From assembly GCA_012295275.1 (NCBI GenBank), contig CM022679.1, forward strand, positions 23,498,001-23,562,000: DNA of 64,000 nt, written 5' to 3'. Origin of the DNA: Chrysomallon squamiferum (Eukaryota > Animalia > Mollusca). Position 1 is the stretch's first letter. The number at the start of each line of letters is the position of its first letter. Below are positions 1 through 13,143 of the stretch, one piece after another. Below the pieces are notes generated by a model. The model saw only the letters and a program-made list of their open reading frames with translations, did not search any database and had not been told where the DNA came from. The position numbers were made by a program, and so were the translations under genes.

Positions 1-117
1 AGTAGCTTTGAAAATGCAGTCATAAAATATTAATTTTACCTATAAGTATATTTTAACGTTTTTGCCTGTCAGTTTAAGTTATTGGCATAATTATTATTAT
101 TAATATTATTAATATTA

Positions 118-227
<110 letters not shown>

Positions 228-1033
228 ATATTAATATTATTATTATTATTATCATCATCATCGTTATAAAACTACAGAAATGAGCAGGATTTAAATTAAC
301 AGTTATACTGAAATCCATTATTAAATTATACTTTATCGTGTACCATCATCAAACTGATTTATATTTCTTTTATTCTGTTATTAACAAAACTGCTCCGATT
401 CTGTTTATGTACACATTCCTCGTATATTGTGTTCTCGGTGAAATAAAAGTATCTACACTCAACAGACTGTTAAACTAACTCCTATTAGTTTCGCCATGAT
501 ACCCTTTAACAGGATTAAACTATTTTTGGTCGAGTCCTCAAGTTCTTCAAAGACTAAATTTGGTCAGTAATAATCCCTTGATACATTTTTTTCTATACTG
601 TTGTGAAATTGTTTTCAGTAGTCACAATTTAATTGCAAACATGATCCGCCTTTTCAGGGGGCCTCATTAATCGGATTAGTTGTGTGTGTGTGTGTTTGTT
701 TAAATATATATATTTACATGCACATAATAATATATACATATCTTTTTTTGTTGTTGTTCGGATATATTTTTTCAAATATTTCTGAGATTTTTATAATCCC
801 TTGTTCTTCATGATAAGTAATAATTCATAGTGTAATTTAGAAAAATCATGTTTTTTTAGGGGTTTTTTTAATTTCATATTCATAGGACTAGACAATTTTT
901 TTTTTTTTTGTTACAGTAATCATATTTGCACAAGCATTATTTGATTTGATATTCTCCATACATCCTCATTGCTCAAATATTTCAAAATTAATGATATGAT
1001 TTCATAACACAGTGTGTGTGTGTTGTGTTTTTG

Positions 1034-1081
<48 letters not shown>

Positions 1082-1381
1082 TAGAGAATATTGATCTCCA
1101 TTAGTAGATACTGTTTTCCAAATAATAGGATTAAATCCATATTGTATGGTTAATCAGGTTTTCACAGATATTTCAGTTCTGTAATAACCCCCAGTTTACA
1201 TTGCATTCTCAGCATACTTCAAAGATTAAATAAAATCTGATTTGATTTCACAGTAATCCTTTGTTTATATAGTGTATTGTAGTATACTTGGGGGATTCTT
1301 TTTGTGTGGCTTTTCTTTTTGAGTTGTTGTGTTTGTTTTGTTTTGTTTTTTGGGAGGTTTTTTATTTTTTGTGTGTGTGTG

Positions 1382-1427
<46 letters not shown>

Positions 1428-2587
1428 TGTTTGCGTGTGTGTGTGTGTTTGTTGTTTTTTTTTAGTTAATATTATTTTGAAAAGAAAAATAACTGGATCT
1501 TTTCCTGAATAATTTGTATTCCAACAAGTTTTTAACTTAATGTTCGAGAATATTTATTTCAGCTTAATATTTGTTTATAACAAATTTTTAATTCTCACTA
1601 ATTGAAATTTACTTTTATTATCGAATATTTTTATATATATATATTATGTATATATATATTTTTGAATAGATTTCTAACATCAGACGCAGCTTCTGAACTT
1701 ATAGATGAAAACTTCAATTATAATGAAATTAACATCCTCATTATAACTCATTGTTACAATAATATTCTTTCCTCACTGCTCTACCCTTCTCCCATCCGCA
1801 TCAGTAAAAAAATTAAATTAATAATAATAATAATATAGACCTAAATGGTCTATTTCTTTTTTTGATCACAATACAAATCTGGTAGTTTGCGAATGCAGAG
1901 AAAGTATGATTTATGTATGTAAGTAAATGAAATAAATAAAATGTTTATTTAACAAAAATTAAATCTTTATACATTTTGTTCATTGTTTTATGATGAATAT
2001 TAATTAATAACGTTACGTTGAGATCTTGCTAAGTATTCATTTTATAAGGAACAGGTTGAAATCAAAACTTGGAAAACAAAAACATAAATGAAATAGTTTT
2101 AGGTTATTAATTAACATATGAAAGTTTTGAGTACATCTTTTTCATATTATTTAATCATATACATGTTAAAATATGTTTTCATTATTGTTTTTGTTACGCC
2201 TACCTAAATTCAAAGTATTTAAAGAAAACAGAAAAAAATCATTTGGGATTGAATTTAATTAAAGTTGTCTGTTTCAATCAGAATAATGCTAAGAATAATT
2301 TCGCTGTTTTTTACATAATCTTTCATAAAAAAACATATATCTGGATCTAAATAATTAGGAACTATCTAATTCAGATACAATTTCTGTCATATTTCGATAA
2401 CATAATTTAATATTATACCAGGAAACCAAAACAAATTTAATCTTGAAATGAAAGTTGGAAAAAAAAAATCAAAGAAAGAAAAATCAAAGAAATCCCCATT
2501 CAAAAAAAAAAAAAAAAAAAAAAAAAATAGAAAAATATATTATTAAGGGTGGTAAAAAAATAATAATAATAATGAAAATTCACTTAC

Positions 2588-2760
2588 CTTCTTCACAACT
2601 CCGTTTATCCGATTTCAACACGATATTACGTTCCAAGTTGACAGTCTTTAGTTAACGTCAAAAATAATTACCGTTCATTTCCTACAATACGGCAAATTTA
2701 CCGCATAAAACCTTCTGAAATGAATCAACACTACGCCCTAAATCTCTTCTCATTTTCACT
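2588..2760 (-). other. Probable 5' (non-coding) exon of a minus-strand gene that continues off the left edge; upstream boundary approximate
   Basis: Minus-strand donor AAG|GTAAGTG (plus cacttac 2581-2587) at the edge of a CpG-containing island; only a 6-codon ATG ORF (MNGNYF*) inside; ETS-type ACTTCCGG at 2904 nearby. Confidence 0.4.
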
Positions 2761-3302
2761 TCGAACTTCTAAGTGGGGCAGGGAGAGAATCGTTTTCTTA
2801 ACAAAGCCAATTGTATACAGCACTTATCGGCCTAGCAGGAAATGAATACTCATGTACGAATGTTATGAAAACAATTTTAAAAAGGGATGCATCAATTGTG
2901 TCAACTTCCGGTGTTTTGCACCTGCGCGGGAAGGTGAGAAAATAATGATGAGTGAATAGTTAAGTGTTTATCGTTTGCATATTTGTGAATTGGAATTTTT
3001 TTTTATTTTTTTTTTATTAATGTACTAACGTGATTATAGTCATGTAAACGGTTAAAGCACGGATTTTCGTTCCGTGTGAGTGGATGTATTCGATTGTACA
3101 GAAAAAGTAAAAGCTAAATTCGATTTTATCTAAAAACCTACTCTAGTCATTATCTCTTATAAACACAGTGGGACGTTCTTGTTTGTTTGTGTGTTTTTGA
3201 ATAAACGTGTTTTATACGCATTTACTGATATATAAAAACGTATACACGTGTGTATTTTTGTGTATTTGTATGTATGTGTGTGTGTAAGTATGCATGAATG
3301 CC

Positions 3303-3541
<239 letters not shown>

Positions 3542-4111
3542 TGGATGGATATATTTATGTTTATACATATACTGCTTGTATCGTAATGCGCCTGTGTATT
3601 TTCTACGTATTCACTATACTAATCAGTATGTATTTCGTATAGATATTTCTTTATTTCATGTTCTTTTTTTCTTCTCCATTTTTTCTTTTCTGCAAGGGTC
3701 AGAAAGCCGTACTTTAACGACAAACATGATACATCAGGTCAAATATGCACAACCGAAAAGGCAATAACCGCAACGTTTACAATACATTAATGTAAATAAT
3801 CACGCATGCATTCTATTATTTTAAATACAGTGGTGATATTTAACACACAGAAGGTGTTAACCATATTTTAGGTATATGTTCACACCTAATACTATCGCGT
3901 AACAACTGATTTTGCTTTTAAAATAATGGCTGAATTTTCGGAATGAACACATGATAATTACACTAAGAAGCAGAGAGTGAGTAAAAAAAAAACGAAAGGG
4001 GACGATTAATTTAGGGAGTTAATAAGATAGTAAAGCAGAGAGAGAGAGAGTCAAATAAAGAAAAAGGGACTGATAGATAGAGTCACTCAGCATATCTCTC
4101 TCTCTCTCTCT

Positions 4112-4189
<78 letters not shown>

Positions 4190-6302
4190 TCTCCAACTAT
4201 TTTTTCTCTATATCTGTTACTTACAGTAAATTATTATTTACGTATACACCACTATATTTAAACAGCGCAATAAATTTTTATAAATAAAAACACACCCGAA
4301 AAATACGTCTTTGGGGCAAATGAAAGAAGAAAAGATTTTTTTATATTACATTTCTCTTTTTAACATGTGTGTCATATATAAATAATGTGAATCACCCACA
4401 ATCAAAACACTGAAATTAATTTCCTATCATCTACACATGGGTGTGTCGGCGGATAGTTTATTCAAAAGGAAAAGGAAAAGAACGTAAAGGTCACCTGGTT
4501 TAATCCATCTTACCTACCAGGTAGACCTCTGTCTTTGATCCTCCCCCGCCAGTATTTATCTCATAAACATTATTTTCCCATTTCCAAGGCAGTGTTTATC
4601 TGACTCGTATAGGTTTTTGGTGTGGTGCTGTGGGGGTTTGTCAGTGATTGAAGAAAATGATTTCCTTCTTGTACAGTGTTTAAGTTCATCGTTATTAATT
4701 GACAGAAACGCCATGCTGGTGTTGCGAAAACAAACACTATCTTTATTAATTACCAATGTTTATAATACTGAACTGGGACTGTCACTGAACTTCAGTTTTT
4801 TTTTTTTAAGGGCGAACAGAAGTTATAGCTCAGAATAAGATACTTTCCCGTTCCTGCTAGTGTTGCAAGACAGCTGCATCTGAGGCCATGGCATGTGCCG
4901 TCGTTTTTTCATTTTCCAGTTTGAGATTTTTAACCTAAGAGCAAATATTTATTATTTCAAGGAAATATGTAAAATCTTCGTGAACTTTACGTACATACAT
5001 ACACTGACTTCTCCACGTGATTATTTTTATATACTACGTGAACGACAGACGTGTTCTTTGTGCTCAGTTTCGTTTCACGATAAACTCTTTTTTCCGTTCT
5101 GACATGGCCGAGCTAGCCGACGTGGCGACTCGAATCGTCATCCACATCGTGCCCGACGTCTTTAGGCCGTGCTTAACGATGTCTTGGTCAGGTGCGGTCA
5201 ACAAATGCGAGCCGGACCTATGACCCGGACTGTTTGTCGACATTGATTCTCGGACCTCGGGGCACCACAAAAAGTCAAACCAGGTAAGTAGACTGCAGAC
5301 AGTTTTGCTTTTAAAAACCTTCAATTTTTTTTTTTCCTTCTCTATGTCTCTTTTTCTCTCTCATAACGTCTAGTCAAACGTGCCTGCATCTTTGATTTGC
5401 AGTTTAAAAAGCGGCTTTTATTACTACATACAATAATAAAATGCCTTTTAGCCCGTGACCTCCACTCCTGTGTATAAATGATGGCTTTGTCACGTTCCCA
5501 GATGATCATCAGGATTAGGTTCATGTCTGTCAACAACGATGATTCGTAGTCCTCAATCCCAGCCCGTGGTGGGCGTCCCCCGAGAGCGGCAGTTCTACTT
5601 GATGTCCAGTTTGACAGTCGAGTTCAGATTTGTTGCAGGTTTAATGGTCTATTGCATCATCTGCGTTAAAAGAAAAGGAAAACCATATATCTGCCCTGCT
5701 ATATTAGAAAGATGTGGATATGGTGCACCAATCGTAATATAGAAAAATAAAATTTTATTTTAAACTAAACACAGCTAAACTAAAATAATACCTCTGTCGC
5801 TTCTATAATCACAGTAAAGTGGCTGTTATTCACTGGTTAACTGTTTTCTGATTCGGTAACCAATTCTGTGTCCAGAAAGTGTTTTTAAATAACAAATTTG
5901 TATGTGGTTTAATACTGCAGCAATATAAATAAAATACAAATGGTGTATAGTCTGGGTATAATTGTTAATTCGGTGTAAATTATTTACTTAATGAGATAAG
6001 CTTCAGTTTATTTTTCTGTGTGTATGCTCGTGTACTAGTGATATATTATTAGAAATCTTTTTTTCTTTTTTTCCCTTGGATTTCTCATTTCAACCAAAAT
6101 GTCACACACACTCATACATATATATAATTTTATATACATACATATACACAAACTTTTACAGAGATACATACATATACACAAACTTTTACAGAGATACATA
6201 CATACATACATATATATATTCACACATATATGCTATCAAATCATACGCCTACTTACATACACACACTCGCATAGTTACAGACACACATACACACACAAGT
6301 AC

Positions 6303-6951
6303 GATTCTAGGAAAGAAGTCACAATTTTTTATTAAAATTAAGAAATATATTAGAAATGAAAGATAGATGAAACACGTTCTTTGATTTTAATGTTGGTGGT
6401 TTAGGCGGGTGTTCCAACTAATACCACGAAGAAATTCTGCCACAGTCGCAAATTGTGGTCCTCAAGGCTCTCTCTGTAAGTCTGTTATCATTTAACCTCG
6501 ACAGTTGCAGTTAGATTTGTTGTCGCATTTTCACCACAACTTTGTTTTGCGAGTTGTATGGTTTGGTATACATGAACCCCTCACAACAGATTTTGTTACC
6601 ACCCTTATTGCTATGAACAACTTCCATATTAAACATACTTCTGATACTAGAGCAACTGGATAATATAAAGTGAAACACATTTCAACCTGGGACATTTTAT
6701 AAATCATTTACAATAGGAAGCCCTTAATTTAAATCTATCCTAATCAGTAAGCTAAACCCAAGCAAGACCCAATATGAAGCCCCTTTCTTTAATCTAGCCT
6801 AATCAATAAGCTTAAGAATTACCCCATGCATACTATTATGCCACATTCAATACTCTACAAACCCATATGTTTTGTGACTTTCTTTAATGTGACTTTCTTT
6901 AATGTGACTTTTTTTCCGTGACTTTTTTCCTGTGACTTGTCTTCCAGTCAC
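6303..6951 (-). mobile_element. Internally deleted Mutator-like (MULE) DNA transposon carrying a decayed FLYWCH zinc-finger fragment
   Basis: Imperfect TIRs (gattctaggaaagaagtcac at 6303 versus the reverse complement of gtgacttgtcttccagtcac ending 6951); subterminal GTGACTT tandem units ~6873-6940; 9-bp TSD cacaagtac (6294-6302)/cacatgtac (6952-6960). Minus strand 6627-6387 reads MEVVHSNKGGNKICCEGFMYTK/frameshift/HTTRKTKLW*KCDNKSNCNCRG*MITDLQ...VAEFLRGISWNTRL, which I recognise as FLYWCH-like plus a MULE-like C-terminus. Confidence 0.75.
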
Positions 6952-7451
6952 CACATGTACACACATACATAAACACACAGTCTTTTCATTTTTCTTCCTG
7001 ATAAAACCAGAAGATATTTTTACCTCTAACCAGAGCACGATAATGTCGTGACCACAGTTACGAATATAAGAAAAGGCGGCTCAGATATTTTATAGCTATT
7101 ATTTTATTACCGCATTTTATTGTTTAACAATGTATGGTGCCACTATAAATGAAGTTACAACTTGATAGTATAATTAATTTAGGCTGTTTATTAGAACTAC
7201 TGGTAATGTATTTACTATGCTACTCTTGCTGTTTTTATTATCGGGTAGAGAAATGACTATAAGCTAAATTTAAAAAAATATGTGATATTTTAACTGTGTT
7301 ATTTTAATATATCATAATGAACAGTAATAGGCATCTACATAACTCAAAGTGTTTTATGTATTTCAGTTTAGTGTTGACGTAATTAAATGTTAAAACTATA
7401 CTGACATTAAGTAATTAATGTTAAACAAATTAATATCTGAGAGATATTAAA

Positions 7452-7533
<82 letters not shown>

Positions 7534-8850
7534 GTCCTTCCTCTTGCTTATTAAACTATTTCTTGTTTGCTGTTCATATTCCGCAAGATTTATTTATATA
7601 TATTTTTTTTCAATTTGGTTTAGGGTGTTGCCTTTTTTATCATTTTTTATTTCATTTTTTTTCCCCCATAAATTTATTACAAGATATCTAACACTATCAG
7701 CATCTGTATGATTCATCAATCTGATACTTTTCGATCACATTTGTGGTCGTTTTACCATTTAATCATACAACCGCTATTAAAACGAGCCGCATGTAAACGT
7801 ATCTCTGTGTTTTATGACACCTGTTTAAAACCTAATTCTGCTTAACAGCGGTGTTTTCAAGCGTATTTTTCACACATAATGGGATGAAATAAAAGCCAGA
7901 CACGCGGCTTCTCCGAGGTGTTACTCTCGTATCAAGAAGAACCGAAATGAAGCAATAAACGTCAAAAGGACGACAGTGATTACCGCTGCTGACCGCATCG
8001 CGCCATTCTGGGATCGAGAAACAATAGCCGTGCCGTGTCTTCAGTTGACGTCTGCGTCAAGAAGTAAGACTCCTGCTCGATGTTCGCCGATAACGGCTCG
8101 TGTTTGACAGCCAGTACCGATATCGTGTTACGTTATCCCCTACAGTATCTGAATGATTAAGTATGGGTGGTGGTTTAGTATCCAGAGGTGTTTTTTCCAA
8201 GGTGGTTTACCAACAAAACAAAAAAAAAAAAACGTTTTGGAAATATCAGCATAATATTAAGAAAGAAAAAGAAAAAAAAAGAGGAAGAAAAAAAATATAA
8301 TAAATGAAAAAATAAAATTGAACAAAAATGAAATAACTGATATCATAATTAGTGTCATTTTGTCAAATTTAATACTAGTTATTATACCGACTTTGGCGTG
8401 AAATAGGATAGATGACATAAAATGTGGATATCAAAACATGCATACATGCATATTTACATATATCAGTCTTTATTACTCTCTCTCTCTTTCACACCTCTCT
8501 GTAGCTGTCACACCTGCAGAAATAATTTTACATTTTTGTTCCTGGTATCTCCGAAAAAAAGAAAAGAAGAAGAAAAAAAAAAAAGAGAGAGAAAAAAAGT
8601 GAAACATCATCCTTAATAATTTTTTGTAATCAGACCATTTACGCGTCATTAAATAATAATAATAATAATAATACATTGTTTATACTCTTTTATGAAGATG
8701 AATACAAGTATAATAAAAAATGTAAAGAATCCATTTTAAAACATTAGATATGGATGGGAATGATAAACAATATATTATTATTACTGTTAGAAGTAGTAGT
8801 AATAGTAGTAGTAGTAGCAGTAGTAGTAGTAGTAAGCTTATTTTTAATAG

Positions 8851-8893
<43 letters not shown>

Positions 8894-9129
8894 CATTTTT
8901 CCCTGCATAATGATTTATATAAATTATACCGTTATAGTTTATAGTAACATAAGGTGTTGTTTTATTCTATTTCATTTTAACATTATAATCTTAATATGGT
9001 AGACATTTTTTGAAAATAAAATGTTTGCTTTATCTCAGCAGATATTAATCGTTAACAATTCTAATGTATATGATTATCTCCGGATTGTTCGAAGCGCCTC
9101 GGTTTCTCTCAGGTTGGATCATGTCTGTT

Positions 9130-9144
9130 AGAGTTATGGCCCTT
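9130..9144 (-). promoter_or_regulatory. AAGGGNNNTAACTCT motif in the promoter region of the Canopy-like gene
   Basis: Plus AGAGTTATGGCCCTT, 54 nt before the ATG; same 12 fixed bases at 22195-22209 in the IFT70/C7orf50 intergenic promoter. Confidence 0.45.
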
Positions 9145-9197
9145 GGAGTACTTGACAACATTTCCGGAAAGACTGACGCCAAATATTTTCGGGAGAA

Positions 9198-12059
9198 ATG
9201 TTTGTTGTTTTCACCGTTTTATTAGCCACTGTTCATTTATCAACCTGCAGAAATGAAAGCATACGTCCAGCAGGCGTTTCAAAAGGTTTTTGTCAGAAAG
9301 ATACTCCCTGTTTTGTTAGTTGTCTTGCAGGTTTAGGCAGTTTCATTGCTATTCTGTTACCTGTTTAAATGTGTTTTCAGAAATCGATCGACCAGAACAA
9401 ACTGAGAACGTTTTGGTTGATTACTTTACTCTCTTTATGTAGTTTGTGTTTCACCTTATTTCCCATGTTTTTGCAACAGATATAAACAAATTTTTAAAAT
9501 AAATCGCGATTAATTTGGCTTCGAAGTTTATTAATTATTTATTTCATTATTCATTTAGCAATATTTTATTGGACTGTGTAATTTTTACTGAGGCGTATTT
9601 TATTTTAGTTGCTATTCTGTGTTTTACTGTTTTTCGTGTTTTTATAACATTATTGTCACCATCATTATCAACAGAAGTACTGTTTGTATTTTAACGGTAT
9701 TTAATTGCTTTTTTTTTTGTTTGTTTTTTTTTTTTTATATATATATATATACTTTAAGACATAAGTGCCATAATAAAAATCTTAATTCACCAAAACAACT
9801 AGTATCAGAATATCTGTTGTAATTATCTTAGTTAAAATGTTTCAACTGACAATAAGTGCCAACAGTAAATGCAATTTAAAAACAAAATTTTTTTTGAAAG
9901 AAATAGAGAAGAAGAAAAATTAAGGAAGTAAAAACGATATTTATGGGCCAATTAAATTATATTATAAATAAATATTTTCATTACTGAAATTAAATTGACA
10001 ACCCCAAAATAATATTAGTTTTAAAATATGTGTTATTTGTGATCCTGAAACATCTTTTATTTTATTTTTATTTTTATTTCAGAAATATACTGTATGGGCT
10101 GTGAATACACGGTGAAAGGTCAGTAATTTAATAATTGATCAAAGTTTTGTTGTCAATGATTTTTAAACTAATAAAATATTGCTCACAGAAATACTTTTTT
10201 TTTTCATAATTGGAATGGATTGTAGTCAGAGATTACAGAGCAGGGTTGAAGCATCTTTAGGCTATTTCCCAATCGTGCAAACTTCATCTCTCAATTTCTG
10301 TATGGTCCTTAGCCATAAGTGAGATGCCATCTAACTGCAGGTTAAAAACATTTTAAATAAAGCAGTTTTTCCATTATCTTCAACAATATTAGGATTATTA
10401 TGTTTTAATTTTTTAAAGAAAAACCTTATTTGTGTTTCTGCACAAATTGTGAACATTCTATAAACAACATTTTGAAATTAATAATAGTTCATGAATATTT
10501 CTGAACAAATCAAGTGCAGCAACTCAAATTATTTCATTATTTTTGATTTTTACACTGGAAGGTAGGTAACTCTTTTTGATAAAGATTTTTTATTTTTTAT
10601 TTTTTGGGAGGTGATTTGGTGTCACAGGTTTCTTTTTTTAAATTATGTACTGATTGTCCATAATATTCTGTACACTTGTAGATCAAATATTTTTACAGTT
10701 ACAGTGATATAATTTACAGTGTTACTGAATAATAATTCACACACACACACACAGACATACACTTGTTTTTATTTATTTACTATTATTATTATTTACAGCA
10801 CTTGAAAGGATACTTGCTAAACCCTCACATGACTTCATGGATGTCCGTGTGGTTGAAGCACTGGAGAGTGTTTGTGTGTCTGACAGTTTTCAAGGAGCTG
10901 ATTTTTCATCAAGTTTATTAATAGAATCCTGCCAGCACTTACTGGGTAGATTTAACACGTGATTTAATTTCTTTAAGAATTCTGGTTATGCAAATTTAAA
11001 GCTTAAATAGATTTCACAAAGATATATTATAAAGATTTTGAGAAACGGGAAGACGATTTTGTTGTTGTCTTTAAAATTTTCAAACAAATGAATATCATTT
11101 TAAAGAAGAAAAAATTGGTTTGTGAGATCAGTATATGTTTGTATATTTCTATGTGAATCTTTTACTTGTTCTATGTTTTAATCTTAGAGTTTACATTTTC
11201 TTTTTTCATAAACACATGCATATATATGGAAGTATAACAAAAAATAGAAAACTCACAATTTTTCCTTTTTCTAAATTACAAAAACAACTTCAGGTTAATC
11301 TTGTTTAGTTTAAAATACCATAATTTATTTATTTACATGTCGTTTATTTTTATTTATTTTTATTGATCTATTATTTATTTTTTTAATTTAATTATTTATT
11401 TGTTTATTTGTTTGTTTATTTATGTTTGTTTTTTGTTATTTATTGTTTTTTTTATTTAAAATATTTGTTTCAGATCAGCACAATGATGTTATTGAACCAC
11501 TGCTGATAGGTCACTATATCAGACATGACAGACCCAGTTTCATGGAACTTGTACAACAGATATGCATTGATCTTACAAAAGCCTGCCCAGGAATCAGCCC
11601 AGCAATGAACTCTCAGCATGCAGTAAGTTGTTAATTAAGTGAATGAATGACAAATTAATTAATCAATGAATGAGCAAATAAAAGAATATTTAAATTTGTT
11701 TTATTTATTACTTCCATTTTCTTTTTTTATCTCTGTGAGATTAAATATGCCCCTAACATGATATTGTTCAGTTAATGTCTGTTTAAAAAATACACTCTTG
11801 ATTGTTTTAGCTTCTGTTTATTTGAAAAGAATTGTATAACAGTTTTCTGGAGTTTATATATAAAACACACACACGTACACACACACAAACACCAAACACA
11901 TAATAATAATAATAAAATAAATAAATATAACAACTAAAAAAAACAAAAAACAATATGGAACTTATGTCAGTATTATAATCTAATATCCATATTAAATTTT
12001 TTTATTTAAATTAATTAAACATATATACATACAAATACATACATACATACATACATATT

Positions 12060-12098
<39 letters not shown>

Positions 12099-12137
12099 GT
12101 ACATGAACATGTACACATATACACATACATACATACA

Positions 12138-12173
<36 letters not shown>

Positions 12174-12362
12174 TATACATTTTCAGTTTTTGTTTCAACT
12201 TAATTATAAATAATTTAAGGTATTTTGATATGTGTATGTAGTGACATTTTTCTTGTTAAATTTCAGGACAGTCATGTCTATGTTGAAAGCAGAACAAACA
12301 AGTTCAAAGTGAAACCAGGAAACAACCTCAAAATTGCCAGCCCTGTGAAAGAAGAGTTATAG
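9198..12362 (+). CDS. ER-luminal saposin-like (Canopy/CNPY/MZB1-type) protein, ~167-171 aa, 5 exons
   Basis: Exons 9198-9273 (GC donor) or 9198-9285 (GT donor), 10083-10118, 10799-10945, 11474-11622, 12267-12362; phases match. Signal peptide [17 protein letters not shown]; six Cys in saposin pattern ([25 protein letters not shown]); C-terminal KEEL retention signal. Confidence 0.85.
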
Positions 12363-13143
12363 AAAAATAATTCTTATAATAGAAAACTTCATATTTTATT
12401 TTTATTTTTAATAAATTCAGAGAATCTAAACTATGACAAAATAATGGGTAATTTGTAACATACAGTGTGGGCTACAAGTTCTCTTTTCTTCTACAATTTA
12501 TTAATAATACATATTATTACTTTGTATTTTTAAAAATTTATTAATAATGTTTCCTTAAAATCAGTTATTTTCTTAAAATTTTCATTTACATTAACTGGAA
12601 TAGATAATCAGAAAACATTATAAATTCATTATGAAATAATTAATCTCATGATAATAGTTATCTATTTAGATGTTTATCCAACTTCTGATCATAGAACATG
12701 GTGCAGTTATTTATGTAGAGAAATGATTACAAACAGTTTTACTTTTGTGAAAAAATACCTAAAATATTTGTTCATGTATTGTGAAAAGTCTCAACCTGTG
12801 TTTACAGTGGGTAAACATACATGTATATATTTTATTTTATTTTTTTATATTTTATACTTATTGCACAAATGTGTTTCAGAATCTTTGATATTAGATCAGT
12901 ATGATAAGCACGCTTTTTTACATCATTATTATTCATGTATTTACACACACATAGATTTTACAGGTGGGATTGGAAATTTAACTAGATATAGACCAAACTT
13001 TGAAAGATTTTTTTTATTATTCAATAAGTGTCAAATACTCTTCATAAAGTGGACTATTTGCACCTAATGCAATCCCTGGTACAAGATTATAAAACATTTC
13101 ATTTATCATTCTGTTTTCTGTGAAAATTCTGGGTATGATTTTA

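Noticed and set aside
5248-5262. CGGACCTCGGG shared with vertebrate RNase MRP RNA
   Set aside because: The conserved P4-forming segments are absent; short chance match.
5278-5292. Minus-strand TACTTACCTGG resembling the U1 snRNA 5' end
   Set aside because: It is the complement of a perfect plus-strand donor; no U1 stem-loops or Sm site follow.
5539-5590. Possible SECIS (ATGA-12nt-AA...GA)
   Set aside because: Helix II pairs for only about 3 bp.
6134-6193. 30-bp direct repeat x2
   Set aside because: Simple slippage duplication within TA/CA-rich sequence; no spacers, not CRISPR-like.
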